A stretch of DNA of 64,000 nt, taken from contig MU054323.1 in NCBI GenBank assembly GCA_013239625.1, positions 3,274,161 to 3,338,160 of the forward strand, in the 5' to 3' direction. Origin of the DNA: Lama guanicoe. Its lineage: Eukaryota. The translations under genes and the position numbers were made by a program. This document shows positions 62,135-64,000 of the stretch, piece after piece. Positions within the stretch are counted from its first letter, which is position 1, and every line of letters starts with the position of its first letter. The notes beneath the pieces are model-generated. The model did not search any database. It had not been told where the DNA came from and worked only from the letters and a program-made list of their open reading frames with translations.

Positions 62135-62833
62135 AACAGTGTGGCGATTCCTCAAAAGACTAGGAATAGACTTACCATATGACCCAGGAATCCCACTCCT
62201 GGGCTTGTACCCAGAAGGAAATCTACTTCAGGATGACACCTGCACCCCAATGTTCATAGCAGCACTATTTACAATAGCCAAAACATGGAAACAACCTAAA
62301 TGTCCATCAACAGGTGACTGGATAAAGAAGAAGTGGTATATTTATACAATGGAATACTACTCAGCCATAAAAACCGACAACATAATGCCATTTGCAGCAA
62401 CATGGATGCTCCTAGAGAATGTCATTCTAAGTGAAGTAAGCCAGAAAGAGAAAGAAAAATACCATATGAGATCGCTCATATGTGGAATCTAAAAAACAAA
62501 AACAAACAAACAAACAAAAACAAAGCATAAATACAGGACAGAAATAGACTCATGGACAGAGAATACAGACTTGTGGTTACCGGGGGGGGGGAGTAGAGGG
62601 TGGGAAGGGATAGACTGGGATTTCAAAATTGTAGAATAGATAAACAAGATTACACTGTATAGCACAGGGAAATATACACAAAATGTTATGATAAATCACA
62701 GAGAAAAAAATGTGACAATGAGTGTGTATATGTCCATGAATGACTGAAAAATTGTGCTGAACACTGGAATTTGACACAACACTGTAAAATGAGTATGAAT
62801 CAATAAAAATGTAAAAAAAAAAAGAAAAAAAAA
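62135..62833 (+). mobile_element. Young 5'-truncated LINE-1
   Basis: Perfect 14-bp TSD agaaagtagaatgg (62121-62134 / 62834-62847); AATAAA and A tail. Confidence 0.95.
62139..62492 (+). pseudogene. Uninterrupted C-terminal fragment of LINE-1 ORF2p
   Basis: WRFLKRLGIDLPYDPGIPLLGLYP...CTPMFIAALFTIAKTWKQPKCPS...WYIYTMEYYSAIK...ICGI*; promoterless truncated copy. Confidence 0.9.
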
Positions 62834-64000
62834 AGAAAGTAGAATGGTGGTTTGCAGGGGCTGGGGGAGCAAGTGGGGAAAAGGGGAGATAAAGGTCAAA
62901 TGTTATAAACTTTCAGTTACAAGATGAATAACTTCTGAGGGTCTAATGTACAGTATAGTGACTACGGTTAATAATATGCTACTGTATACTTGAATTTGCT
63001 AAAAGAATAGATTTTAAGCATTCTCACCACACGGGGAAAAGATTGTAGCTATGTGAGGTGATGGATGGGGTTATTAACTTGATTGTGGAAATCATTTCAC
63101 AATGCGTATTTATGTCAAATCATCATGTTGTACACTTTAAAACTACACAATGTTATTTGTTAATTATACCTTAATAAAGCTGGGGGCGGAATCATGCCTA
63201 AATGGCCAATTATTTTTTCTACAGAAGAACACATTCCTGATTTTAGGATGAAAATCAGTGGGGAAATGAGGTTCACTTAGAAGTCTCTCGCTGTGTAGCC
63301 ATTTTTGATGGAGTACACGTGCTCCATTAAGTGAGGGAACTTCACCAGATTAATTTGATTTACTGCCCCTGCGTTCCCTGAAGCACGTGGTGGCGGGTAG
63401 ATGTGGGCTGTGAGAGTCTGGCGGGATGTATAAAATCTTCTCAGGAGCCAAAGGCCGTTTAGTTTTCATGGCTTAGTTTGCTGGGGCTGCCTGGCAGATC
63501 CTGATGCAAACCTCAGCTGCACGGAGCAGGCTTAAAACCTGGACATGTGCAGGCCAGAGATTGGGCTGGGACAAGCCATAAATTGACGAGTTCCCCATAG
63601 ACCACCCTGCCACTTCCTCTGTGCTGGCAAAAGTTTTGTCATCTTGGTTGTGGTGACTGCCTTGGTTGTTGGTATGCCAAGGGGCACAGGAGGCCTGGAT
63701 CCTCTGTGGCTCCAAATACCGCAGGACTCCTGGAGACGGGCAGAAATCACTGGAGCACGAAGTGTGCAGAATCCAGGGTGCAGGGGGGCTCACAGCTGAT
63801 GCCCATTGAGGACCCAGTTATCCAACACAGCTCCCCGCTCCTAGTGCCAGATGTCTTACACTTCACCTATATTTCAGAGTCGGCTGGGGCAGGAGATGTC
63901 TTTGAAGACAAGGGAGGTTTAAAAAACCCCTCCTAATAGGCTGGGTGTGCCCTGCTATACAGCAGGAGGAAAGACTGATAATAAATCCCCTCCCCTTTTT

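Larger units (their letters stand above)
61480..63185 (+). mobile_element. Older L1 (L1MA9-like) 3' region interrupted by a young L1
   Basis: Degenerate ORF2 peptide [18 protein letters not shown]; 3'UTR resumes at 62848 and ends in AATAAA at about 63173. Confidence 0.88.

Overview
Mammalian, non-coding genomic DNA. It is most likely camelid (camel/alpaca), judged from tRNA-Ala-derived Vic-1-type SINEs and the lineage-specific L1 3' ends. I cannot support any cellular protein-coding exon. The only ORF with real protein similarity is a 5'-truncated LINE-1 ORF2 C-terminus (62139-62492); the other listed ORFs look like chance ORFs in GC-rich or repeat DNA. The window is AT-rich for the first ~4 kb and GC-rich after that. 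It is dense in transposon fossils: L1, L2, MIR, MLT1/MLT2/LTR33 LTRs, hAT MERs and four ERV1-type solo LTRs. Repeat family names come from my recollection of consensus sequences, not from a search, and boundaries without target-site duplications (TSDs) are approximate. The most interesting signals are: (i) an LTR cluster at 16.5-22.7 kb that could form a spliced transcript started in one LTR and ended in another; (ii) a perfect 19-bp inverted repeat at an LTR end (48368-48441); (iii) motif-dense candidate enhancers at 3.5-3.9 kb and 33.5-34.6 kb, plus an orphan CpG island at 31.5 kb; (iv) an ancient local duplication; and (v) several nested or inverted L1 insertions. None of this proves a new biological system; these are testable leads.
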